From positions 1 to 10,434 of the forward strand of contig JBGATO010000112.1 of the NCBI GenBank assembly GCA_044229145.1: 10,434 nucleotides of DNA, in the 5' to 3' direction. The stretch is from Candidatus Eiseniibacteriota bacterium. GTDB taxonomy: Bacteria > Eisenbacteria > RBG-16-71-46 > CAZEPH01. The notes beneath the pieces were generated by a model that searched no databases, was not told where the DNA came from, and worked only from the letters and a program-made list of their open reading frames with translations. The first letter of the stretch is position 1. Every line of letters begins with the position of its first letter. This document shows positions 1-9,936 of this stretch, piece by piece. Both the position numbers and the translations under genes were made by a program.

Positions 1-2568
<2,568 letters not shown>

Positions 2569-2616
2569 CGGCCTCTCCGCCTCATCGCCCGCATCCCGCC
2601 GCGTCGCGCGAGGTGA

Positions 2617-3570
2617 TTACGCGTGCTCGCGCCAGTAGGCGAGCAGATCGCGCAGCGTCTGTTCGAACGGAATCTGCGGCTCCCAGCCGGTGTCGGCGTG
2701 GAAGCGCGATGCGTCGCCGAGCAGGAGCGGCACGTCGGACGGCCGCAAGCGCTTCGGGTCGATGCGCTGCTCGATCTTCTTCTCGCTCATCGCGAGGAGG
2801 AAATCGAGCGCTTCCTGGATCTTCCAGCCCTTGCCGCTCGCCAGGTTGTAGACCTCGCCCGGCTTGCCGTGCTCGCAGGCCAGCCAGTAGCCGCGGATGA
2901 TGTCGCGCACGTCGGTGAAGTCGCGCACCGTGCTGAGGTCGCCGGTCTCCAGCACCGGCGCCTGCTTGCCCTTCTCGATGCGCGCGATCTGCCAGGCGAA
3001 GTTGCTGCACACGAACACCGGCGGACGGCGCGGCCCGGTGTGATTGAAGCCGCGGGTGCGCAGGGTGTCGATGCCGTACGACTTGAAGTACTGATACGCC
3101 ATCATGTCCTGCGCGACCTTGCTCACCGCGTAGGGCGACAGCGGGCGCAGCGGGTTGGTTTCCTTGATGGGCGCTTCCTCGGGGTGCACCAGCCCGTACT
3201 CTTCGCTCGAGCCGGCGATCTGCAGCCGGGCGTCGAGCTTGAGGGCGCGCATCGCCTCGAGGATGTGCAGCTGCCCATAGATGTTGGTGTCGAAGGTGTC
3301 GCGCGGCGACGTCCACGAGGTCGGCACGAAGCTCTGCGCCGCGAGGTGGAAGATGTAGCGCGGCTTCACCTCGGCGAGCACCGCGTGCACGTTGGTCGGG
3401 TCGCGGAGATCGCACTCGTGGAGCGTGATCTTGCCTTCGAGGTGATCGATCAGGTGGGTGCTGCTGCGCCAACGGCGGATGCCGTGGATTTCGACGTCGC
3501 CCTTGGCGACCAAGAAGTCGGCCAGGTGGCTGCCGGCAAAGCCGGTGATGCCCGTGATGAGAACCCGCAT
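2617..3570 (-). CDS. Extended SDR of the GDP-mannose 4,6-dehydratase / Rmd-like family, 317 aa
   Basis: LITGITGFAGSHL, HLAAQSFVPTSW, GSSEEYG, catalytic SPYAVSK, FNHTGPRR, RDFTDVRD, GEVYNLASG, RPSDVPLLLGD. ATG preceded by the SD GGGGAG (3575-3580). Confidence 0.88.
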   Translation of the reverse strand: MRVLITGITGFAGSHLADFLVAKGDVEIHGIRRWRSSTHLIDHLEGKITLHECDLRDPTNVHAVLAEVKPRYIFHLAAQSFVPTSWTSPRDTFDTNIYGQLHILEAMRALKLDARLQIAGSSEEYGLVHPEEAPIKETNPLRPLSPYAVSKVAQDMMAYQYFKSYGIDTLRTRGFNHTGPRRPPVFVCSNFAWQIARIEKGKQAPVLETGDLSTVRDFTDVRDIIRGYWLACEHGKPGEVYNLASGKGWKIQEALDFLLAMSEKKIEQRIDPKRLRPSDVPLLLGDASRFHADTGWEPQIPFEQTLRDLLAYWREHA

Positions 3571-3659
3571 TGTACTCCCCAGGCCTGCACAGCGTGACGC
3601 CGGCCGGGCAGGTGTGCGCCGAACCAGCTGCCGCCTCGGGGGCGGCGAATGAGCGATTC

Positions 3660-3688
3660 ATACTAGGGGCCGGTCGAAAGAGCGTCAA
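3660..3688 (-). promoter_or_regulatory. Putative sigma70-type promoter for the nucleotide-sugar genes
   Basis: The minus strand reads TTGACG (3688-3683), a 17-nt spacer, then TAGTAT (3665-3660). It lies in the pyrF-SDR intergenic gap, and the -10 element is a rare AT-rich patch in very GC-rich DNA. Confidence 0.7.
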
Positions 3689-3748
3689 CGACCAAGCCCG
3701 TGCGCGGCGCACCCTGGCGCGCCCCGCAGCCTACTGCACCGTGCGACG

Positions 3749-4486
3749 TTACGGCGTTGGCGCAGCCTCCGTCGCGGCGATCTCGGCGGCCAGGGCCACG
3801 AACGCGGCGCGTGGATCCGGCGCCTCGACGATCGGCCGGCCGACCACCAGGTAGTCGGCGGTCCGCGCCGCCTCGCCGGCGGTGGTGACCCGGCGCTGGT
3901 CGTCGCCCTCCCCCAGCCCGCCCGGCCGGATACCTGGCGTGACGATCAGGAAGTCCGGCCCTTCGGCGGCGCGGATCGCCGCCGCCTCGAGCGGACTGGC
4001 GACGACGCCGTCGGCGCCGGCCTCGTGGGCCAGGCGCGCCAGCCGCAGCACCGTGTCCCGCGCCGGGGTGCCGTACAGCGTGCGTGCCTCGTCATCGGCC
4101 AAACTGGTCAGGACCGTGACCGCCAAAACGCGTGCTGGATGGGTCGCGGAGTGGGCGGCGTCCGCCGCGGCGGCGACCATCGCCCGGCCCCCGCTGGCGT
4201 GCAGGGTCAGCAGGCCGACACCCGGCCGCGTCAGTTGGGCGGCCACCGCGCGATCCACTGTGCGCGGGATGTCGTGGAACTTGAGGTCGAGCATGACCTG
4301 CAGACCGGCGTCGGCGACGCGCTGCACCACGCCGGCGCCGCACGCGCTGTACAACTCGAGGCCAACCTTCGCCCAGTGCGCCTGGCCGGCGAGCAGGCCG
4401 AGCAGGTGCGCGACCTCCGCCTCGGTCGAGACGTCGAGCGCGGGGATGATGCGGGCGGCGGCGCGGGCCGGCGGCGCCTCGGACAT
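3749..4486 (-). CDS. pyrF: Orotidine-5'-phosphate decarboxylase, 245 aa
   Basis: ATG at 4486 with SD AAGGAG (4495-4500). Motifs IPALD, KVGLEL, DLKFHDIP (DxKxxD), LHASGG, AVTVLTS, VTPGIRP, DDQRRV, VVGRPI. Confidence 0.95.
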   Translation of the reverse strand: MSEAPPARAAARIIPALDVSTEAEVAHLLGLLAGQAHWAKVGLELYSACGAGVVQRVADAGLQVMLDLKFHDIPRTVDRAVAAQLTRPGVGLLTLHASGGRAMVAAAADAAHSATHPARVLAVTVLTSLADDEARTLYGTPARDTVLRLARLAHEAGADGVVASPLEAAAIRAAEGPDFLIVTPGIRPGGLGEGDDQRRVTTAGEAARTADYLVVGRPIVEAPDPRAAFVALAAEIAATEAAPTP

Positions 4487-4515
4487 GGTGGTCGCTCCTT
4501 TCGGGACGGAGAGGC

Positions 4516-5514
4516 TCAGCGGGGTGCCAGGTGCGCCGGCGCCGACGTGCGCGTCATCGCACCGGAGCCGCGCAGCGTGCCGATGACGTCGGAGAGCCGC
4601 CGCTCGCCCTGCGCGGCGCAGTAGGCGCGCAGGCCGTCGAGGATGGCGACCGGCGCGGTCGGCTCGCTGAACAGCACGGTGCCGACCTGCACCGCGCACG
4701 CGCCGGTGACGAGGAACTCCAGCGCATCGCGCGCAGTGCAGATGCCGCCGATGCCGACGACCGGCAACGACGTCGCGCGCAGCGTCTCCCACACTTTGGC
4801 GAGTGCGAGCGGCCGGATGGCCGGGCCGCTCAAGCCGGCGGTGACGCGCGGGATCATCGGCAGGCGCCGCTCGACGTCCACCGCCATGCCGACGAACGTA
4901 TTGCACGCGGTGAGCGCGTCGGCGCCGGCGTCCTCGCAGGCCTTGGCCACCGCGCCGATGTCGGTGACGTTTGGCGACAGCTTCGCCCACAGCGGCATGT
5001 CGGTGACGCCGCGCACTTCGGCGATGACCGCGGCGGCCATCGACGGGTCGGCGCAGAACAGGGCGCCGCCGCGTTCGAGGTTCGGGCACGAGATGTTGAG
5101 TTCGAGCGCGGCGACGTTGGGCGCGCCGGCGATCGCGCGCGCCATCTCGGCGAAGTCGCCGAGTGAGTGGCCGCCGAGCGACACGATGGCCGGCGTCGGC
5201 AGCGTCGCGATGCCCGGCAGCTTCTCGACCAGGAAGCGGTCGAGACCGACGTTCTCGAGCCCGATCGAATTGAGCAGCCCGCTCGGCGTCTCGGCGAGCC
5301 GCGGCGGCGGATGGCCGGGCTGGTAGCGGCGCGTGATCGTCTTGGTGACCACGCCGCCCAGCAGCGAGACGTCGAGCACGTCGTCGAACTCGGCGCCGTA
5401 GCCGAACGTGCCGCTGGCGGTGAGGAGGGGATTGCGCAGCTGCACCGTGCCGACGGCGACCGAGAGATCGATGTCGGCCAGTGCCAGTGGCGGCGTGCGC
5501 GGCGTCTCGCTCAT
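4516..5514 (-). CDS. pyrD: Dihydroorotate dehydrogenase, family 1B catalytic subunit, 332 aa
   Basis: ATG at 5514 overlaps the pyrK stop (ATGA). Motifs NPLLTASGTFGYG, TKTIT, LNSIGLEN, catalytic LNISCPN, KLSPN, GLSGPAIRP, GIGGI, AVQVGT. Adjacent to pyrK. Confidence 0.95.
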   Translation of the reverse strand: MSETPRTPPLALADIDLSVAVGTVQLRNPLLTASGTFGYGAEFDDVLDVSLLGGVVTKTITRRYQPGHPPPRLAETPSGLLNSIGLENVGLDRFLVEKLPGIATLPTPAIVSLGGHSLGDFAEMARAIAGAPNVAALELNISCPNLERGGALFCADPSMAAAVIAEVRGVTDMPLWAKLSPNVTDIGAVAKACEDAGADALTACNTFVGMAVDVERRLPMIPRVTAGLSGPAIRPLALAKVWETLRATSLPVVGIGGICTARDALEFLVTGACAVQVGTVLFSEPTAPVAILDGLRAYCAAQGERRLSDVIGTLRGSGAMTRTSAPAHLAPR

Positions 5515-6398
5515 CGCGTGGCTCCGGCGGGCGCGAACGCATCGCGGCGGCCGTGCGGCACGCCGTAGCCGGCGCGCTCCATGTCGGCGAGCGCGTCCCA
5601 GTCGAGCGCGTCGCCGTCGAACACCGGGCCGTCGGTGCACACGGTCTTGTAGCCGTGCGCGGTGTCGCGCGTCGGCAGCACGCAGCCGCGGCAGACGTTC
5701 ATGGCGCAGCCCATGCGCGCCTCCATCGTCACCTGCGACGGGCGCCCGCGGTCTGCCGCGAGCGCGGCGACCCGCGCCAGCAAGCCATGCGGGCCGCAGG
5801 CGTAGAAGTGGGCCCGTGCGAGGTCGGCCTCGGACAGCGTCTCGAGCAGATCGAGCACGGTGCCGCGCACGCCCGCCGACCCATCGTCGGTCGCGACCCG
5901 CACGTCGACACCGGTCGTCTCGGGCACCCACAGCAACGCGGCGCGCCGTGCGCCTCCGAGCAGCACCGCGTCGCGGCCGTGCGCCGCGCACCACTGGGCC
6001 AGGAAGGTCATCGGGGCGATGCCGCGGCCGCCGCCGATCAATACCGCGAGCCCGCCGGGTGGCGGTGGATCGTACGGCCGTCCGATCGGCCCGAGGACAT
6101 CGACGGCCGCGCCGTCCGGCAGTGCGGCGAGCGCGTCGGTGCCGGCGCCGACGCGGGCGAAGAACGCTTCCCAGATCTCGCCGTCGTCGTCGCGGTGGGC
6201 GCCTGAGACGCTCATCGGGCGGCGCAGCAGCGGCGCGCCGGCGCCGCCGGCCGGACGCAGGTGCATGAACTGCCCGGGCAGCGGCCGCGGCGCGGTGTCT
6301 GGCACGCGGAGCAGCAAATGGACGTGCTCGGCGATCGGCTCCCGTGAGGCGGCGACGTGCGCCACGAACGACGCCCGGCGCAAGGCCGGCGCGCTCAT
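5511..6398 (-). CDS. pyrK: Dihydroorotate dehydrogenase electron transfer subunit (FAD, [2Fe-2S]), 295 aa
   Basis: ATG at 6398 overlaps the upstream stop (ATGA). Motifs PGQFMHL, LLRRPMS, VGAGT, GPIG, GGGRGIAP, TDDGS, YACGP, EARMGC..C..C and VCTDGPVF. Confidence 0.93.
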   Translation of the reverse strand: MSAPALRRASFVAHVAASREPIAEHVHLLLRVPDTAPRPLPGQFMHLRPAGGAGAPLLRRPMSVSGAHRDDDGEIWEAFFARVGAGTDALAALPDGAAVDVLGPIGRPYDPPPPGGLAVLIGGGRGIAPMTFLAQWCAAHGRDAVLLGGARRAALLWVPETTGVDVRVATDDGSAGVRGTVLDLLETLSEADLARAHFYACGPHGLLARVAALAADRGRPSQVTMEARMGCAMNVCRGCVLPTRDTAHGYKTVCTDGPVFDGDALDWDALADMERAGYGVPHGRRDAFAPAGATR

Positions 6399-8572
6399 CG
6401 ATGCGCTCCGCTGGTGTCGGCCGGCGCCGCGGTCGTGTCGCGCGGCGGCGCGGTGGTGCTGTCGCGGCGCGCGGCCGTGCTGTCCCCGGGTGCGGCAACC
6501 GGCGGTTTCGTCCCTGGCTTCCGTGTGGCGGGCGGCTTGCCTGATGCGGGCGTCTTCGGTTTCACGGCGGCCGGAGCCGGTGTGGCGGGCTGCGTGCCGG
6601 GAGCGCCACTGGGCGGCGGCGCGGACGGCTTCCCCGTCGACGAGGTCGTATCGGGAGGCGCGGCGCCACTGTCTGGCGGTACCGAATCGCGCGGCGCCAC
6701 GCCGAGCGAATCTGCGAGTGGCGGCGCGAGCGAATCGCCTTCGCTGCGCGCGCGTTGCCCGCGCTCGCGCGCCATGCGCTCGCGCACGAAGTCCTCGTCC
6801 TCGCGGCCTGGACGTCCGGGAGGGCCGTGCGGCGTGCCGCCCTGCACCGCAGCCACCGAATCGTCGTGCGCCTTCTGCACCGCGGCGGCCAGCGAGTCGG
6901 CGATCGCATCGGCACGCGCCATCGAATCCGCCACCGCCTCGAACGGCCGCAACGAGTCCACCACGGCGATCGAGTCGCGCGCCAGGACGAGGTCGTCGAG
7001 CACCGATGGCGTGCTGTCGGGCGCCGTCACCCCGAGCCGCGCCAGCGTCGAACGCGCATCCTCGGCGTAGACCGTGCCGGGGTAGCGCTGCAGGACGCGC
7101 GTGAACGACGCGAGGGCGGCGGTGGTGTCGTTGAGCGCACTCAGTTGCGCCCACCCGCGCGCAAACGCCGCCTTGCGCGCGAAGTCGCTGTGCGGATAGC
7201 GCCGCTCGACGACCTCATACTGCGTGATCGCATCCGCCGGCTTCTCCAAGTCGAACAGCAACAGTTCGGCGGCCGACAGCGCCTGCTCGGCAGGATCCGA
7301 CTTGTCCTTCTTCGCGCGCAGCGAGGTCAGGCGCTGCAGGTTGCCGGTGCGCGACGCCGCACGCACCGCGAACTGCGATTCGGTCCCGAACTTCTTCACC
7401 TGCGCGTAGGCCAGGCGCGCACCGGGAATGTCGCGCTTGTAGACCTCGAGGATGTAGCCGATGTCGTACTGCGCCTCGGCCGCCCACACGTTGTTCGAAA
7501 AGCCGCCGCTGCCCTGCTGCAGCGCGAGCGCGTTGACGTCGTCGAGGATGTACTGGAGTTGCTGCAACGCGCCATCGTAGTCGCCGGCACCTTGCCGGCA
7601 CTCGGCGATGCGCAGCCGCGCGCGGCTGGCGATGTCGCGATCGGTGGTCTGCGGCTGCAGCAGTTCCCCATAGATCGAACGGAAGATGCGTTCCGCGTCG
7701 GCGTAGTTCTTCTCTTGCATGTAGGTGTCGCCCACCGCGAGGCGCGCGTTACGCCGGCGTTCGTCGGCCACCGACACCAACTCGGCGGTGTTGCGCTTCT
7801 TGCCGACGTGCAGGTAGGCGGCGCGCGCCTCGGCCCAGCGCTTCTCCTTGCCGAGAACGTAGCCGGCCTGGAATGCGGCGTCGTTCCACACGTCGCTCTT
7901 CGAGAAGTGGTCCACGACATCGAGGAAGGCGCGCGCGGCCTCGTCCCAGCGCTTGTCGTCGCGATAGCTGACCCCGAGCACGAACGAGACGAGGTCGCGC
8001 TGCCGGAACTTCGGATGCGCGACGAGCAACCCCTCGAGGAGATCGCGGCCGCGCTGGACGTCTTTCAATTGGAGGTAGGTGGCGCCGAGGAACGCGGTGG
8101 CCTCCGGCACCAAATCGCTCTTCGGAAACGAGTCGATCACGGTGCGCAGCGCCGGCACGGCGCGCTCGTACTGGCCCTTGCCATAGTAGGCCTTGCCGGC
8201 CAGCAAGTACGCATCATCGACCAAGCCGGACGAGGCGTACGCTGTCCAGATCTTGCGGCAGCGCAGCAGTGTGGAGTCGAGCGCCGCCTTCTGCATCGAC
8301 GACGCGCTCGCGCTCTGCGTGTTGTTGGTGAGATCGGTGCTGACGCGGAAGCCCACGATGTAGGCATCGCGATCGGTCGGGAACGCTTGCCGGTACATCG
8401 TCTTCGCATAGTAGAAGGTGTTGAAGTACGCGCAGCCGGAGAGCGCGACCGCGAGCACGGCGACGCACGCGAGCATCCACCGCGCGGCGCGTGCGGCGGC
8501 GTCCGGACGGCGGCGCGGGGCGGCAGCCAGCGCCGCCCCGCGTGCCGTCACGACGGTCCGGCGATCGCTCAC
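6395..8572 (-). CDS. Tetratricopeptide-repeat lipoprotein with a long low-complexity Pro/Ala/Asp/Ser/Thr C-terminal tail, ~725 aa
   Basis: GTG at 8572 overlaps the pyrC stop (GTGA); alternative starts are at 8551 (GTG) and 8476 (ATG). Hydrophobic stretch plus lipobox LSG-C (8432-8443). Repeated TPR-like helices: AYLLAGKAYY, ATAFLGATY, FVLGVSY, AAFQAGYVL, ARLAVGDTY, ARLRIAEC, AQYDIGYI, AAFARGWA, several with 'FPKS/YPHS/YPGT' turns. Confidence 0.85.
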   Translation of the reverse strand: MSDRRTVVTARGAALAAAPRRRPDAAARAARWMLACVAVLAVALSGCAYFNTFYYAKTMYRQAFPTDRDAYIVGFRVSTDLTNNTQSASASSMQKAALDSTLLRCRKIWTAYASSGLVDDAYLLAGKAYYGKGQYERAVPALRTVIDSFPKSDLVPEATAFLGATYLQLKDVQRGRDLLEGLLVAHPKFRQRDLVSFVLGVSYRDDKRWDEAARAFLDVVDHFSKSDVWNDAAFQAGYVLGKEKRWAEARAAYLHVGKKRNTAELVSVADERRRNARLAVGDTYMQEKNYADAERIFRSIYGELLQPQTTDRDIASRARLRIAECRQGAGDYDGALQQLQYILDDVNALALQQGSGGFSNNVWAAEAQYDIGYILEVYKRDIPGARLAYAQVKKFGTESQFAVRAASRTGNLQRLTSLRAKKDKSDPAEQALSAAELLLFDLEKPADAITQYEVVERRYPHSDFARKAAFARGWAQLSALNDTTAALASFTRVLQRYPGTVYAEDARSTLARLGVTAPDSTPSVLDDLVLARDSIAVVDSLRPFEAVADSMARADAIADSLAAAVQKAHDDSVAAVQGGTPHGPPGRPGREDEDFVRERMARERGQRARSEGDSLAPPLADSLGVAPRDSVPPDSGAAPPDTTSSTGKPSAPPPSGAPGTQPATPAPAAVKPKTPASGKPPATRKPGTKPPVAAPGDSTAARRDSTTAPPRDTTAAPADTSGAHR
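6410..6490 (-). repeat. Imperfect short coding tandem repeat (GDSTAARR / DSTTAPPR / DTTAAPA / DTS) at the TPR protein C-terminus
   Basis: Three to four degenerate 7-8 codon units, each starting GAC-AGC or GAC-ACS, visible in both DNA and translation. Confidence 0.55.
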
Positions 8573-9936
8573 GCGACCACCGCGGCTTCGCGTGCGGCGG
8601 CCGTCGCGCTCGGCATGGAATCTGCCGCCCACACGATGCGCCCGCCCACCACCGTGCACACCGCGCGTCCGGTGAGTTCCCAGCCGGCGAACGGCGTGTT
8701 GCGCGAACGCGAGGCGAAGGTCGCCGGCGTCACCGTCCACGTCTCGTCGAGCGCGATCGCGGTGAGATCCGCCGGCGCGCCCGGCGCCAGACGCACCGCC
8801 GGCACGCCGAGCACCTGGCGCGGCCCGTCGGAACGCGCGCGAATCACCGTCGCGAGATCGAGATCGCCGCTGTGCACGCAGCGCGTGAGCACCACGCCGA
8901 GCGCCGTCTCGAGTCCGATGACGCCGAACGCCGCGGCATCGAATTCGACGTCCTTGTCCTGCAGGCCGTGCGGCGCGTGGTCGGTGGCGATGACCGTGAG
9001 AGTGCCGTCGCGCAAGCCGGCGAGCAGCGCTTGGCGGTGGTCTTCGCTGCGCAGCGGCGGGTTCATCTTGAAGTGCGAGTCGTAGCCGCGCAGCGATTCG
9101 TCGGTGAGCGCGAGGTGGTGCGGCGTGACCTCTGCGGTCACGCGGGCGCCGGCGTCCTGGCCGCGGCGGACCGCGTCCACCGCGCCACGCGTCGAGGTGT
9201 GCGCGAGGTGCAGCCGTCCGCCGGTCATCGCCGCCAGCGCGACGTCGCGCAACACCGCGACCTCCTCCGCCACCGCCGGCATGCCGCGCAGCCCGAGTTG
9301 CGTCGACACCAGGCCTTCGTGCATCACGCCTTCGCCGCGCAGCGTGAGATCCTCGGCGTGCGAGATGAGGGCGATGCCGAGCGGCCGCGCGTATTCGAGC
9401 GCGCGGCGCATGACCTCGGCGCGTTCGACCGGACGGCCGTCGTCGCTGAGCGCGCGCGCACCGGCCGCCACGAGCTCGAACGCGGGCGCCAGCTGCTCGC
9501 CCTGGAGACCCTGCGTGATGGCACCGCAGACGTGGACGCGCGCCCCGGTGGCACGGCGTCCGGCGGCGAGCACCGAGGCGACGGTTTCGGCGGAGTCGAG
9601 CACCGGCTGCGTGTTCGGCATCGCCAGCACGTCGGTGAAGCCGCCGCGCGCCGCCGCCGCCGCGCCGGTGGCGACGGTCTCGGCGTCCTCGCGGCCCGGC
9701 TCGCGCAAGTGCACGTGCATGTCGACGAGGCCGGGCGTGAGCAGCGCGCCGCGCAACTCGACGACCTGCGCGCCGGCTGGCGCGCTGAGGCCGACGCCGA
9801 CTTCGGTGATGACGCCATCCACCACCAATATATCGCCGGCGGTGTCGAGGCCGGCGCCGGGATCGAACAATCGCGCACCCTTGAACAGGCGCGCGCCGGA
9901 GGACGGCGCGGTGCCGTTGCGGTCACGGGTCGTCAT
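8569..9936 (-). CDS. pyrC: Dihydroorotase (long, type I), 455 aa
   Basis: ATG at 9936 overlaps the pyrB stop (ATGA) with an upstream GGAGG. Motifs PGLVDMHVHLREPG, GGFT, MPNT, LSDDG, SHAED, EVTPHHL, FKMNPPLR, ATDHAPH, GLET, SRNTPF. Confidence 0.95.
   Translation of the reverse strand: MTTRDRNGTAPSSGARLFKGARLFDPGAGLDTAGDILVVDGVITEVGVGLSAPAGAQVVELRGALLTPGLVDMHVHLREPGREDAETVATGAAAAARGGFTDVLAMPNTQPVLDSAETVASVLAAGRRATGARVHVCGAITQGLQGEQLAPAFELVAAGARALSDDGRPVERAEVMRRALEYARPLGIALISHAEDLTLRGEGVMHEGLVSTQLGLRGMPAVAEEVAVLRDVALAAMTGGRLHLAHTSTRGAVDAVRRGQDAGARVTAEVTPHHLALTDESLRGYDSHFKMNPPLRSEDHRQALLAGLRDGTLTVIATDHAPHGLQDKDVEFDAAAFGVIGLETALGVVLTRCVHSGDLDLATVIRARSDGPRQVLGVPAVRLAPGAPADLTAIALDETWTVTPATFASRSRNTPFAGWELTGRAVCTVVGGRIVWAADSMPSATAAAREAAVVA

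Noticed and set aside
2582..3712. 376-aa alternative minus-strand ORF overlapping the SDR gene
   Set aside because: An Arg/Pro/Ala-rich alternative frame with no motifs, running across the predicted promoter.
3695..3748. Intrinsic terminator after pyrF
   Set aside because: Only short GC hairpins (e.g. GCAG-TAGG-CTGC) are present, with no following U-tract.
3749..7154. Apparent long N-terminal extensions or fusions of PyrF (597 aa), PyrD (660 aa) and PyrK (547 aa) in the ORF track
   Set aside because: The extensions are Arg/Ala-rich off-frame readings of the upstream gene. True starts are marked by ATGA overlaps (5514, 6398) or an SD (4486).
6395..8572. TPR gene as a mobile-element insertion, or as a definite bamD/cpoB
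   Set aside because: No transposase/integrase, terminal repeats or target duplication were seen. It is far longer than BamD or CpoB, so no gene symbol is assigned.
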